From Epithemia pelagica (lineage: Eukaryota > Protista > Bacillariophyta): a stretch of 64,000 nucleotides of DNA. The stretch covers positions 2,046,001 to 2,110,000 of the forward strand of contig OX337230.1 in NCBI GenBank assembly GCA_946965045.2. Direction: 5' to 3'. Under the pieces are notes generated by a model. It was not told the DNA's origin. It saw nothing but the letters and a program-made list of their open reading frames with translations, and did not search any database. Positions 22,001 through 33,140 of the stretch are shown here, piece after piece; the stretch's first letter is position 1; the number at the start of each line of letters is the position of its first letter. The position numbers were made by a program, and so were the translations under genes.

Positions 22001-22239
22001 GTCCATCGCTTTTCGTGTAATGGTTTGGTGACACTCTACTTCAATCCCACACCCTTCGGTGAGTCCATCGAGAACGTGCTTCGCACCCATCAAATTTACC
22101 CACACAATGTTTGGTCCATGATTGATCTGCTTCTATTACCGCTCCGCATATCATGAGGACAAAGTTCCATAGGAAGTGAGGCCCTGTCCATCGATTCGTT
22201 GCTGGAGTGTCCAGAATAAATTGTTGTGTCTGATTGACG

Positions 22240-24153
22240 ATGGATCTCTCCAATACGCAAGTTGAACAAGATACGACGTGTCCATCATCTCAGCCGCTCC
22301 TTCGGGAAGCAATCCATCACGACGACAACAACAACAGAATCCAAGATGGTGGCTCAGCTTCTGTGGAACCAGCAGAGCCTGAGATGCCGGTAGGAGAGTT
22401 GGACGAAGACGACAACCACCATCGGTCCGAGGCGTCCCTGAGTCGACCCTTGTGGTGGCTGTGTTACCTACATGGAGGGGTCTCACAGTCTTTATGTACG
22501 ACCCCTATCATGTATCTTTTGAATTTTCATATGGCCCTACCCTTGTCCATGTTACCAACCTTTTGGGCCATTGAATTCATGCCCTTTTCCTTCAAGCCAC
22601 TCTACGCCCATCTCGCCTCGTCCCATCGCATGGATCAACAATTACCAATCTTGATGATTATCAATGCAGTAGTCCTTCTAGTCATGGGGTTTGCTCCCAA
22701 AGATGGAACCTTGCTCTTTCTGTTTCTCGGCTTTTTGCTTGGTCTTACTTTGGCGTGGCCGGAACTCCTCCTGGGCCTTTCCTTGGTCCAACAAGCCACA
22801 GAGGCGAGAGGGACCGTCCACAACGGCAGCGACCACCAGGATGATGAGACGGCCGCCTATGGAGAGGCGGCATCTCGCATGCAAGCACAGGCTGCCACCG
22901 CAAGGAATCTCGGTTCTGTGACCGCCTTTATGATCACCTTGACCCTGTTGTCCAAGCAAAACGAACTCGACTTGACCGTTTGCCGTGGACTCTTGACTCT
23001 CAACAGCGTAGTACTAGTCCTTTGCGCTGTGATCGCCTCTTGGAATCAAGTCGGAAAACCTAGGGCCACAACCCGTGACGATCTAACTTCGGATCGTAGT
23101 GCGAGAGCTAACGGTGACGAGTCAGAGGAGGCACAACTGTATCAACGTATCCTCGATTCATCGGACACTAGTGGTAATGTTTTGAATAACGAGGGACAAG
23201 AAGCAACGCCTTGCCCAACTCCTTGGAAGAACAAAGAATCCACTCTCCTGGTCTTCCTGTTGCAACTATCTGTGATTGTGTTGACCCTACGACAGCCCAT
23301 GGGTCTTGAGTTCTCCTCATTTCTGTTTGGTGGCGACGATCCCGTAGCGGTCTTTCTTGGAATGCTGTTGGTACCTTTAGTTGTGTTTGTGGTTGCACTG
23401 TTGTGCCGGTATTCCTCCCGCCGAGGACGGTCGTATCGTGTCGGCATCTTTTTTATTTTACGGCATTTGATTCCCAACTCAAGCTTTCTCGTGGACTCGT
23501 TTCGCTTCTCCGTATTTGCCAAGGCTCCCTTTCTGTTGCAATTGCTCTCGCTCTTGGATACAAGTATGTTACCTCTTGCCTCGTGGACCTTTGGACGATG
23601 GTTCAGCTCTTATAGCACGGGTGGGAAACTGATTGGATTACTGGCCCTGACCACGGCCCTCGCGGCCATTACCTCCTTGGCCAGTCTCTGGTTTGTGCAT
23701 GTCTCGCACACGGTCGAATCCACGACTGTCCAATTTGGTGTGGCGGCATTGACTGGTGCTCTCAGCACGTGGTTTGGGGAATGGAGTTTTCTCCCCGAAC
23801 TCGTGCTAGCTACTGTGGCACTCAAGGAGGGACAAGCTCCATCAACCACCTTGGTTTCAAGTGTGGAATATCAAGAGATTGACGACGACGACGACACAAC
23901 TGTGGCGACCAGCACGATGGACGAGACCGAGACCCATCAGGACAAGGGGCTCCAACGACAACGGATACAGTATGGTACCTATGTGACCTGCATTGATTTT
24001 GGCGATCAATTGGGTGCTTTACTATCGGGGGCGCTGATATCCATGATGGGCATTACTCGCGAGAATTCTTGGAACCACTTGGATCAGTACATTGGTCTGT
24101 GTGCGATGCTCATGCTCACCACGTCCCTGTTTCTTTTGGTGCTACTACGGTAG
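22240..24153 (+). CDS. BT1/folate-biopterin transporter-like MFS protein
   Basis: Multi-TM ORF of ~637 aa with PFSFKPLYAHL (resembles the BT1 PWxxKPLYG motif), A-x-A-R-N-L-G-S and a terminal ENSWNHL helix. Confidence 0.7.
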   Translation: MDLSNTQVEQDTTCPSSQPLLREAIHHDDNNNRIQDGGSASVEPAEPEMPVGELDEDDNHHRSEASLSRPLWWLCYLHGGVSQSLCTTPIMYLLNFHMALPLSMLPTFWAIEFMPFSFKPLYAHLASSHRMDQQLPILMIINAVVLLVMGFAPKDGTLLFLFLGFLLGLTLAWPELLLGLSLVQQATEARGTVHNGSDHQDDETAAYGEAASRMQAQAATARNLGSVTAFMITLTLLSKQNELDLTVCRGLLTLNSVVLVLCAVIASWNQVGKPRATTRDDLTSDRSARANGDESEEAQLYQRILDSSDTSGNVLNNEGQEATPCPTPWKNKESTLLVFLLQLSVIVLTLRQPMGLEFSSFLFGGDDPVAVFLGMLLVPLVVFVVALLCRYSSRRGRSYRVGIFFILRHLIPNSSFLVDSFRFSVFAKAPFLLQLLSLLDTSMLPLASWTFGRWFSSYSTGGKLIGLLALTTALAAITSLASLWFVHVSHTVESTTVQFGVAALTGALSTWFGEWSFLPELVLATVALKEGQAPSTTLVSSVEYQEIDDDDDTTVATSTMDETETHQDKGLQRQRIQYGTYVTCIDFGDQLGALLSGALISMMGITRENSWNHLDQYIGLCAMLMLTTSLFLLVLLR

Positions 24154-24905
24154 CCGTTGTATTTGAGCATGATGGGGAGACGGATCAAGACAATGAAGAT
24201 TGGCGTCTTGTCAGAGAAATGGATCGAACATTATTGATGTTTTTGCGATAGACTTTCATCGCAATTGTGCTATTGTAGATATAGAAGTGCGCATGTCAAT
24301 TGTCCTTGCCCTCCTATGAAATAAGATAAATGAAATAGTCTTTCTAGGAGTAGAAGAGAAGTATTACAATAGACGATTTCATTTCGTTCAAAGGCGGAGC
24401 AGGATTAGTGTATTGTTCACATTATTTGCATTTACTCCAACTAGGGCTCAGGTCTCAAGGTTACAAGACTACACTATTGAAATCTCATTCACTAATGCTT
24501 CGTTGTTCATATCGTCTCACTTTCCATCGTACGGGTTCTGAGAGTGTACTAAGTAGTGAAAAAGCTTCTCTAAAGGTTCCCCGCTGGGGACGAATGATAA
24601 GCTACACCCGAGCAAATGGAGTCGAAAGATTTCATAGGGCACTCGGAGTCGGAGTGAACTCGGTCCTTTCGAAGGAGTAGCACGAAGGGAAAGCCTCACC
24701 CATCTCAGTTCACTCCGTAGCGTGGTTTTTAGCTTAAAAACTGGGAAACATGCGCGCTACGGAGTGCTTCTGACAGAAAAAAATGCTCATTGGTGCCTCC
24801 TTAAGCCTTTCTATTGGATGTTTAGAGGAGCCGTTGTATACTGGAGTGTTTGCCTTTTGATTGATGGCTTAATGAGTTTCTCAAGTGGAGGATAATACCA
24901 GAACT

Positions 24906-24957
24906 ATGCAAAGACAGCGAAACATTCAAAGACAGCGAAACATGCAAAGACAGCGAA
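24906..24957 (+). repeat. 18-bp tandem repeat, ~3 copies, encoding (M/I)QRQRN
   Basis: ATGCAAAGACAGCGAAAC / ATTCAAAGACAGCGAAAC / ATGCAAAGACAGCGAA. Confidence 0.9.
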
Positions 24958-27658
24958 TTCCCTTGCCCTTTGACGACGATGACCATTTGCCAGTGGCTGT
25001 CCCACTGGAAGGGGACCAATGGGATGCGTTAAGAGCAATTCCCCTGACACAGCGTGACCCTCCTTATCTCTTGCATTTTATTCGGGAGAATCCACCCTGC
25101 AACCATCGATTGCCAGAAATTCCGGGTTGTCACAATGTGGAAGAACGTTGCCGGATCCACCCTGAAGAGATACTGTATCGATGCCCTGAAACTGGCCGGT
25201 CGGTTCTCCATGAAGCGACAATGAGATGTTCGTGCAATCACATAATTCAAGCTATTTTGGAAGTCAACGGGGACTTAACAACAATGCTCGATTTCTCATT
25301 CAACACACCTCTACACCTCCTTTTTATGGGTCTTAGTTCACGGCATGTGGATACGGAAGATTTGAACGCCATGATAGACAGCCTCTTACAACCACAACCT
25401 GGATTCATTGCCAGTGTTCGAAACCGGGCCGGCTCTTGCCCGTTGCATCTTCTTTGCGAAGCACCCGAGGAGATGGTTCCTTTGAGCGCATTGCAAAAGG
25501 TATTGGAAGCTTTTCCATCGGGGGCGTCGAGACTGGATGTTCTCTCGAGACTTCCCCTTCATTTGCACTGTAGAAGGCGAAATGCATCTGCAGAAGTTGC
25601 GCGGCTTTTGATTGATGCTTATCCAGAAGGAATCCGTGCCCAGGACCATCAGGATGACTCATGGACACCTCTTCACTGTGCCTGTTCACATCCGGATCTG
25701 GAACTTTTGCAAGTTCTCGTTAACGCTGATACTTTTGTTACGAAAATTCGTTCGAGAACAGGAGAAACGCCCTTGCATGTATTGTGTCGTCAGCGCCCAG
25801 CGGACGGCCATCTTTCGGCGGTTCGGCTGTTGCTCGAAGCGGCACCAGAGGTGGCGGGTTGGAAAAGTGTGGACGCGTCGTTGACGCCACTTCACATATT
25901 ATGTCGCTATCGACTGGCGTCTGTAAGCATTATACAAGCGGTTTTGGATGCCTGTCCTAAATCCGCCGGGATAGCAGATGCCAATGGTTACCTTTCAATC
26001 CACCACGCATGTGAGGTTGGAGCTGATCCTGCCATTGTGAAATGCCTGATAGATGTTTTCCCCGATGGTGCAAAAGCAATGACACGGAAGAGCGATACCG
26101 CCCTCTCATTGGCATGCGCGGCCAATACGTCGGCCGAAACTGTACGTATGTTGCTCGCGGCCAATCCAGATTCAACTGCAACTGCTAATGACTATGGCTT
26201 CATTCCCCTCCATTGCGTATCGAGGTCATACCAACCATCTCCTGAAATCACCCGAATGATGTTGGAAGCTTACCCGGAATCCGTAAATGTACAAACGAAT
26301 GGAGATGAGACTGCAATTCATTTGGCTAGTAGCAATGCGCGGACGTCCGTTGCAGTGTTACAGCTGCTTACGACAGCGCAAGGAAACCTCCCTGCGCGAA
26401 CCCAGGAATCCGTAAAGAGGAAGAAAACTGTAAGCACCACGGGAAACACGCCACTCCACTATGCTTGTTTCCGAGGTGCGGGAACAGAGCAGATTGAAGC
26501 TCTCACCTTGTCCCATCCCGAGTGGATCTCTGTTAGGAACAATGCTGGCCACTCGCCTCTACAAATCCTCTGCAAGAGTGGTCGTATAGATGACAGCCTC
26601 ATTCGACTTTTTTCTCGAATTGGAGGTCCTGGATTGTTTCAAACCGTGGATAACTTAGGGAACACTCCCCTACATTCAGCCATGCGAGAAGAAACGAATG
26701 TGGAAGCGTTGCTTGCCCTCATACAAGCTTTTCCAGGAGCGCTCCACATTAAAACAACGTACAACGACATGCCTATTCATCTAGCGTGCTTTCGACGACT
26801 ACATCCAGACGTTATTCATGAAATTGCCCTCGCTACTTGCAAGGGCGTCGATATAAGTTCCCAGACCCACGGAAGCTCGGTGTCGCCCTTGCTTACAGAA
26901 AATACAGCTAGACAGACCCCGATTGCAATTGCCATGGAGGAGTTCGAGAAGTCTCTCGGTGGCCGTCCTTGTTATCGAACTAAATTGAACGGGTCCCAAG
27001 AAAGAGCGTTCAAAGTGTTGGTTGTACTCGCAAAGATGGTTCACTATGGACCCAAAATGAACTCCGGCTATCAAAGCGTGCTGGAAGCTTGTGTTTCACT
27101 TCATCGTCGGAACATACGTCTTTGTCCTTCGTTCATTCGTCGTGCCATTTCCTTGGCGCCTGAGGAAGCTCGTCGACCAGATAGGAATGGAAATTATCCT
27201 TTCCACATTGAGGCCAGTATTCCCGTTGAGAAGATGACGCTCTTGAGCGGCCAGCCTTGTAGATGTTGCTCCGAGAACTGTCACGAGAGGAATGGGGTGT
27301 TGGGGGCACTCTTGGACATTTTCCCTGAGGCCACAAAGCATCGGAGTGCTTCTGGAGATTTCCCTTTAGGATTAATGGTGCAGAATGGCCGACAATGGGA
27401 CCGAACTTTTTCCTTGGTGCTCAGCCTTCATCCACAAGCTGTTCACTGGATCCGTGGAATTGCACCCTCTCTTTATCCTCATATTTTGGCAAGGTACGTA
27501 AACTGGAGACTGAATTTTATCGAAGATCATTAAGTTTCACCCAAATGCCATTTCACCCTGATATTTGCCCTAAACTGTTTTCCAGAATATCAAGAGGTTG
27601 TGGAAATGATGCCCTATTCACAATGATACAAACAAACCCCGATTTCTTGTCTCAATGA
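24906..27658 (+). CDS. Ankyrin-repeat protein, ~886 aa, 2 exons
   Basis: Many TPLHxxC/LPLHxAC ankyrin motifs. Predicted intron 27494-27585 (GTACGT...CCAG) keeps frame into RISRGCGNDALFTMIQTNPDFLSQ*. Confidence 0.85.
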
Positions 27659-27686
27659 TACAAACAAACCCCGATTTCTTGTCTCA
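27621..27686 (+). repeat. Perfect 32-bp tandem duplication
   Basis: CAATGATACAAACAAACCCCGATTTCTTGTCT occurs at 27621-27652 and 27653-27684. Confidence 0.95.
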
Positions 27687-28003
27687 GGGTAGTAAAGTCG
27701 GAAGACGTTGAACCTGTGAAAATGAGATTTGTTCCGTTTTGGCTGAAGTTAGTCTGCCATAGACAAAATACATACTTTCCGTCTTGTGAGTGATTGGTCG
27801 ACAGGATACCAGATCTCTTTTACCACACCACGGAAAGGACAAACTGTTATAGAGGCAGGATTCCTTTGTGAAAGTAAGGCTTCAAACACTGCATAAAAAT
27901 GAAAGGTATTTCTCTAAATAAAAACAACAAGGCTTTCGTTAATGATGCAAGCCGGAATAACACTCGCAAAACCAATTGCAATTGAACTAGGTAGGATGAT
28001 ATT

Positions 28004-28849
28004 CTATGCTAGGACTTCAGAGTCGAGTTTGATTCCATCCGCGTAGCAACGGAAAGACTTGACAATATCGCGTAGTTGACCTTCTGTCTTCTTGTACCGA
28101 ACGGCAGTGGATGCGGCCCACATGACTTCAACGGCACTGCCCTCGCTGGTCACACTAGCGACACCCTTCCTATCAACTTCGAATCCAGCACCGGTGAGAA
28201 GCTGGTATTTGAAGTCCACCAACATGTACTGTTGGTCACCAACAGTGGACGGTTCCAATTTTGTGATTTTGAAGTTTTGATACATGTTGTCACCTTTCTG
28301 ACTAATCGCCTTGATCAGCGACTTCTCGAACAGTTCCTTGGGTTGAGAGTTAATGTCATTGACCTTGCCTGGGTCAGTGTAAACGTAAAGCGTCGCAGTG
28401 TCTCCCTTGGCATACTCCCCCGCTTGAATAGTTCCGTCTTCTCCGTTCACATCAATACTAGGGAGTGTCACGACCCATGTACTCGGGTGGTTGAAGGTAA
28501 CCAGAAGAGGAAATCGATTCTTGCTCTTGCCGTAAATCTCAAGAAGAGGTGTCATCCCATCTGGTACAAAAGATACACCTGGGAGACCATATGCCTGAAG
28601 TTTCGCGTTAATCTTGCTGAGACTCGCAGCATGGGCTGGGGATGGAGCTAGAACCCCATTTCCAACTCCGCTCAAAATGGCAACACCTGTTGTCACCTGC
28701 GAGAAGAAAGCGCGACGAGATTCCACAAGCGGGTCGGTGGTGGCCAGCCCTGCCTTGCTGCTTTTCATGTCCATGAACGAGAACGCATCGCATCCTACCA
28801 TTAAAGACAGGACAACTGCTGCGGCTGTCCACGTGAATCGGGTCATCAT
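28004..28849 (-). CDS. PsbP-domain thylakoid lumen protein
   Basis: Signal peptide ending in ...CDA-FSF (ASAFAP-type), transit peptide, twin-arginine SRRAFF and PAHA lumenal cleavage site, then a PsbP-like domain (FNHPSTWVV, FKYQLLTGAGFEVDRKG). Confidence 0.8.
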   Translation of the reverse strand: MMTRFTWTAAAVVLSLMVGCDAFSFMDMKSSKAGLATTDPLVESRRAFFSQVTTGVAILSGVGNGVLAPSPAHAASLSKINAKLQAYGLPGVSFVPDGMTPLLEIYGKSKNRFPLLVTFNHPSTWVVTLPSIDVNGEDGTIQAGEYAKGDTATLYVYTDPGKVNDINSQPKELFEKSLIKAISQKGDNMYQNFKITKLEPSTVGDQQYMLVDFKYQLLTGAGFEVDRKGVASVTSEGSAVEVMWAASTAVRYKKTEGQLRDIVKSFRCYADGIKLDSEVLA

Positions 28850-29195
28850 GGTGTTAACTGTTGTAGAATGAGTTGTCCAACGTCGTTGATGTTCGCTCGC
28901 CGTGTCAACCAAGAGAGATTCATGAAATCTATCTGAAAAAAAGATCCGCTTGCGTCACAAAAACCACGCAAATCCCGAGGAGTCCCATCCACGGAGCATA
29001 GCTACCTACGGTAGGTAGGTATTGTCCTACTCCTAGTCCCTCCTAGGAGTATAGATCTTTAGGTGCGTCGACAAAGCAACGACCGTCCAAGGACAACCTA
29101 CTTCTCATACGACGAGCTGGTTTCAAAATACAGCGTCTTAAGTTACCAAGGCAAGAATCGATCAGATAAAGTTGAGCATAATCTCTCATTTTCAA

Positions 29196-30752
29196 CTAGG
29201 CGGCAGCCTTGTACGTCATGCCATCGCCATGTTCTTCCACCCATTCAGCGTTGTCGAAAGGATCACCGCTCCATGCCTTTTGAAAGACTGCTTCAGGATC
29301 GAATGCTTCCGGATTGTCAATGCGATCTTCAATATCTTTCTTGAAATGACGCAACAATCCTTGTACGGGCCAAGCAGCGGCATCACCCAAGGCACAAATG
29401 GTGTGCCCTTCAATCTGTCGAGAAATCTCCTCCAACATGGGGATTTCACGCTTATCAGCATCACCCTTCTCCATGCGAATCAAGATATTTTCCAACCATC
29501 CTGTACCTTCACGACAAGGTGTGCACTGTCCACAAGATTCGTGCATGTAGAAATGGGACAAACGCCGAATAGCACCGACCATATCAACAGTGTTATCAAA
29601 CATGGTTACGGCCGCTGTGCCTAGACCTGATCCTTTGGCGCGCAAATCGTCAAATTCCATGAGGGCTTCGTCGCAAAGTTTCTTGTTCAGCACAGGAACC
29701 GAAGAACCCCCGGGAATACAGGCCTGAACGGAATCCCAACCGGATCGCATGCCACCACAATGCTTATCGATAAGATCACGCAAAGGAATCGACATTGCCT
29801 CTTCAACCACAATGGGGTTTTTCACGTGTCCTGAAATGGCGAACAACTTTGTTCCCCGGTTATTCTCATTTCCAAATGAGGCAAACCATGAACCACCACG
29901 GCGGAGAATAGTAGGGGACACGGCAACTGTTTCCACGTTTGTGACAGTTGAGGGACAACCAAACAAGCCTACACCAGCTGGGAATGGCGGCTTTAATCTT
30001 GGCTTTCCTTGTTTGCCTTCCAAGCTTTCAATCAATGCTGTCTCTTCACCGCAAATATAGGCCCCAGCACCTCGATGGAGATAGACATCAAAATCGTATC
30101 CGGAACCACAGGCATTCTTTCCGATCAATCCGGCGCTGTACGCCTCATGAATGGCTTCATCTAGTACAACAGCCTCGTTGAAGTATTCTCCGCGAATGTA
30201 AATGTAGGCTGCTCTAGCTCGCATAGCATAACCGGCCAAAAGACAGCCCTCAATCAACTTATGCGGGTCCTTGCGCATGATTTCACGATCCTTGCATGTT
30301 CCAGGTTCACTCTCATCCGCATTCACAACCAAGAAAGAAGGACGACCGTCCGTCTTCTTTGGCATAAACGACCACTTCAGACCCGACGGAAAACCTGCTC
30401 CACCACGACCGCGGAGCCCTGAGTCCTTGATTTCCTGCACAATCCAATCCGGGCCCATCCACATGATTTCCTTGGTCATCTCCCAGTCACCACGCTTCAA
30501 GGAATCCTTAAGCCGCCAGTCTTCTTCACCATAGAGGTTGGTAAAGATCCGATCCTGATCTCGAAGAAAGCTGAAATCACTGCACTTCCCAGAATAGTCC
30601 ATCATGAGAAAGCGTAATGTTTGAAAATGTAACTACTCCTAGCACGTTATGACTTGCCTTGTTAAGTTCAAATCCGCTTGGGAGGACAGCCCTCTCACCG
30701 CCAACTGACGTGCTGAGCCTCTGGATACAGAGCGTACCGTAGATCCCAGCAT
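29196..30752 (-). CDS. NDUFV1: Mitochondrial complex I 51-kDa flavoprotein subunit, ~489 aa, 2 exons
   Basis: [76 protein letters not shown]. Exon 1 (30752-30658) encodes a presequence; intron 30657-30571. Confidence 0.97.
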
Positions 30753-31032
30753 GGTTCTTCCTTATAAGCGCAATGAATAGACCCAGCAGGCAAGCCAATC
30801 GTTGACTTCTCCTTTCGCCGCCTGCGTTAGCGTTTGTGAGTCGATCAGAAACAAAGAAACCGTACACATTAGAAGATACTGTACTTACTTTGGTACATTA
30901 AATTTACTATCCTCCATTGTGTACAGTGATGGTTGTCAAGCCTTGGACCATGAGCATAGTCGCGTTCGCAGAGCTCAAGGCTCAAGCATTCAGGTGATGT
31001 TTTCCATATGCCAATAGAAAACATCAACAGTC

Positions 31033-31845
31033 ATGTCGGATACCAGAAGCATAATAATATCTAAGCTTTCCGAAAGACCCAAAGCCGTTGCGGTGGTTCT
31101 GGGACATCTTGGTGTCGACAAGGCGACTATGGAGCAATACGCAAAATGGTACACGGATCGTCACTGCAGCGTAGTTACGGGAGCGTCACCACCCGAGCTG
31201 TTTGTTTTGAATCGGAGTTTGAGAAGAACCGCGTCACGTATTTGGTGTGAAACAGCAAAAGCTCTTCGGGAAACTCCAGAAAAGGTTCCTATTGTCATTC
31301 ATGTTTTCAGCAACGGTGGTGCGTTCCTGATGGACGAGATGGAGCTCATGCTCAAAGAAGATGCGTCTAAAGAAGACTTTGAGTTGATTTCTCAAAGACT
31401 GAAAACTGGATTCCAGTTTCATGATTGTGCTCCCTGTTACATACGCACGGTGTGGGACTGGTCGAACTTTTCTCAGTCGTTTCCACACCCAAACTGGTCT
31501 TCATGGGGTCGGTGCTCGTACACTTTTTTGGCATCAACTTGCCTCACGTTATGGAGTACGGCAACACTTTCATGGAATCGACCTAGTGACTTTTGGGGCC
31601 GCATGCAGAACAGCCGTCTCTGTTTACACAACATCTACGCTTACACAACCACAGATCTTGCCACCGATGCATTCCAATTGGAACAATTAATCGAATATCG
31701 GCGGACCAAAGTAGGTGCAGTTTGCAAGAGTTATCGATTTGAGGACTCAAATCATTGTCGTTTGCATCGTGATCACCCTAACGAATATTCCAGGGCGATT
31801 GATGAGGCGTTGGATGCTGCAATTTCACGGACCAAAGACACATGA
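31033..31845 (+). CDS. DUF829/TMEM53-like alpha/beta-hydrolase-fold protein
   Basis: VVLGHLG...YAKWY, IHVFSNGG, YAYTTTD, FEDSNHCRLHRDHPNEY motifs. Confidence 0.8.
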   Translation: MSDTRSIIISKLSERPKAVAVVLGHLGVDKATMEQYAKWYTDRHCSVVTGASPPELFVLNRSLRRTASRIWCETAKALRETPEKVPIVIHVFSNGGAFLMDEMELMLKEDASKEDFELISQRLKTGFQFHDCAPCYIRTVWDWSNFSQSFPHPNWSSWGRCSYTFLASTCLTLWSTATLSWNRPSDFWGRMQNSRLCLHNIYAYTTTDLATDAFQLEQLIEYRRTKVGAVCKSYRFEDSNHCRLHRDHPNEYSRAIDEALDAAISRTKDT

Positions 31846-32464
31846 ATGTGGTCGATGGACTTTACGCAATAATCACATTCATAGTTCTCGTGGACTGGAT
31901 CCACATGGTTATGGAGAGCTGATGGAGAGCCTAATTCTCCGTCGCAGAAACTACAAGTGCGAGCTTTCCGTTCCTGCTCAGCCCTCCTCAACTTTTCCAT
32001 ACGTTCCTGTTCAGGCTTCCTCTCCTGTTCCTTGGTCACACATGCGGCAACGTGGCGGTCGAGAAGTGAGCACAAGACTTCAATCGTTGTGAATAACTTT
32101 CTTGTACGGAACTGTTCAGGTGACTTCGATTTACCATTTCCTCAATCGAATGGTCATTGTGGTGTCGCCTCGTTTGTCAAAGATCCACCCCTCAATCGGT
32201 GCATTGTCCACATGGAAGACCCAAATATCAGATTCGACTGGGATCTACCGCATTAGGGGTTGAATAGTCAGCCTGACCAATCGGCTGGTCTCAAGAATTT
32301 TTGATCGTCAATCTTCTTGCTGTTATCAATTTAGACCAGATTACCTCGTGATGCGCCGATATCCGTTCGACATTCATCTGATGAACTTGGTCCAGATCGG
32401 ACATTGGTGCCATGACCAACTTTAACGCCTTCAACAAGGCAGACAACTCAGCCACTTCCGCCAT
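31773..32464 (-). CDS. Candidate small C2H2 zinc-finger protein (~152 aa) or gene remnant
   Basis: CSFC-x12-H-x4-H followed by YECDYCVKS. A plausible exon 1 (32464-32345, MAEVAELSALLKAL...) splices in phase 0 to 32111. Confidence 0.4.
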
Positions 32465-33140
32465 TGTAAAGATACCAAAGAAAGACCCGAAATTAATTGT
32501 TAAAGTGAGAATGAAATCGTAAGTTTCTATGTGAGTCTTTGTCTTGGTAGCGATTCTAGGGGTGAGTCATGTTTGCTCGTGATCCAGGTCTGGTGTTTGT
32601 GTTGAATGAGCGACTGGTACATGGCTGATCCGCGATCCACGTTGGCCGAGTCACCAGATTCAAAAATTCTTATTGGTGTTCTCTCTTCATGCGTCACGAG
32701 TTGAACCGAATCTATTGGTGGGGAACGCTTGGGAGGACATCCCCGGCGTTTGGACCAAGTCGTACGGGGTTGAAACTATTCAAAATCCTACAGTGCAATC
32801 TAGACTTGGGAAATGGTTGGTTGAGATTCGTTGATGGCGGCACTTCGATGACAGTGCCCAAAGACACCTCTACCCGGCTGTTCGTACGGTTGATGTGTCA
32901 AGCCAACAAGCAACACACGGACCAGCACCACCCACCACGGCCGCACACGTATAATACACGACATAGAACACCAAGAAGAAGCCGTCCTCCCATTCTCGTT
33001 TGGCGGCAGGGTTGATGGCCGTCTCTCGTTTATTGCCTCGTTCTTTTCGGTAGTTGACAGTGAGCGAGAACAATTATTTCGTGACCATTTTCATTTCCTT
33101 CTCTTTCGCATCTAATTTTTCACTTCTCGACAATATCAGA

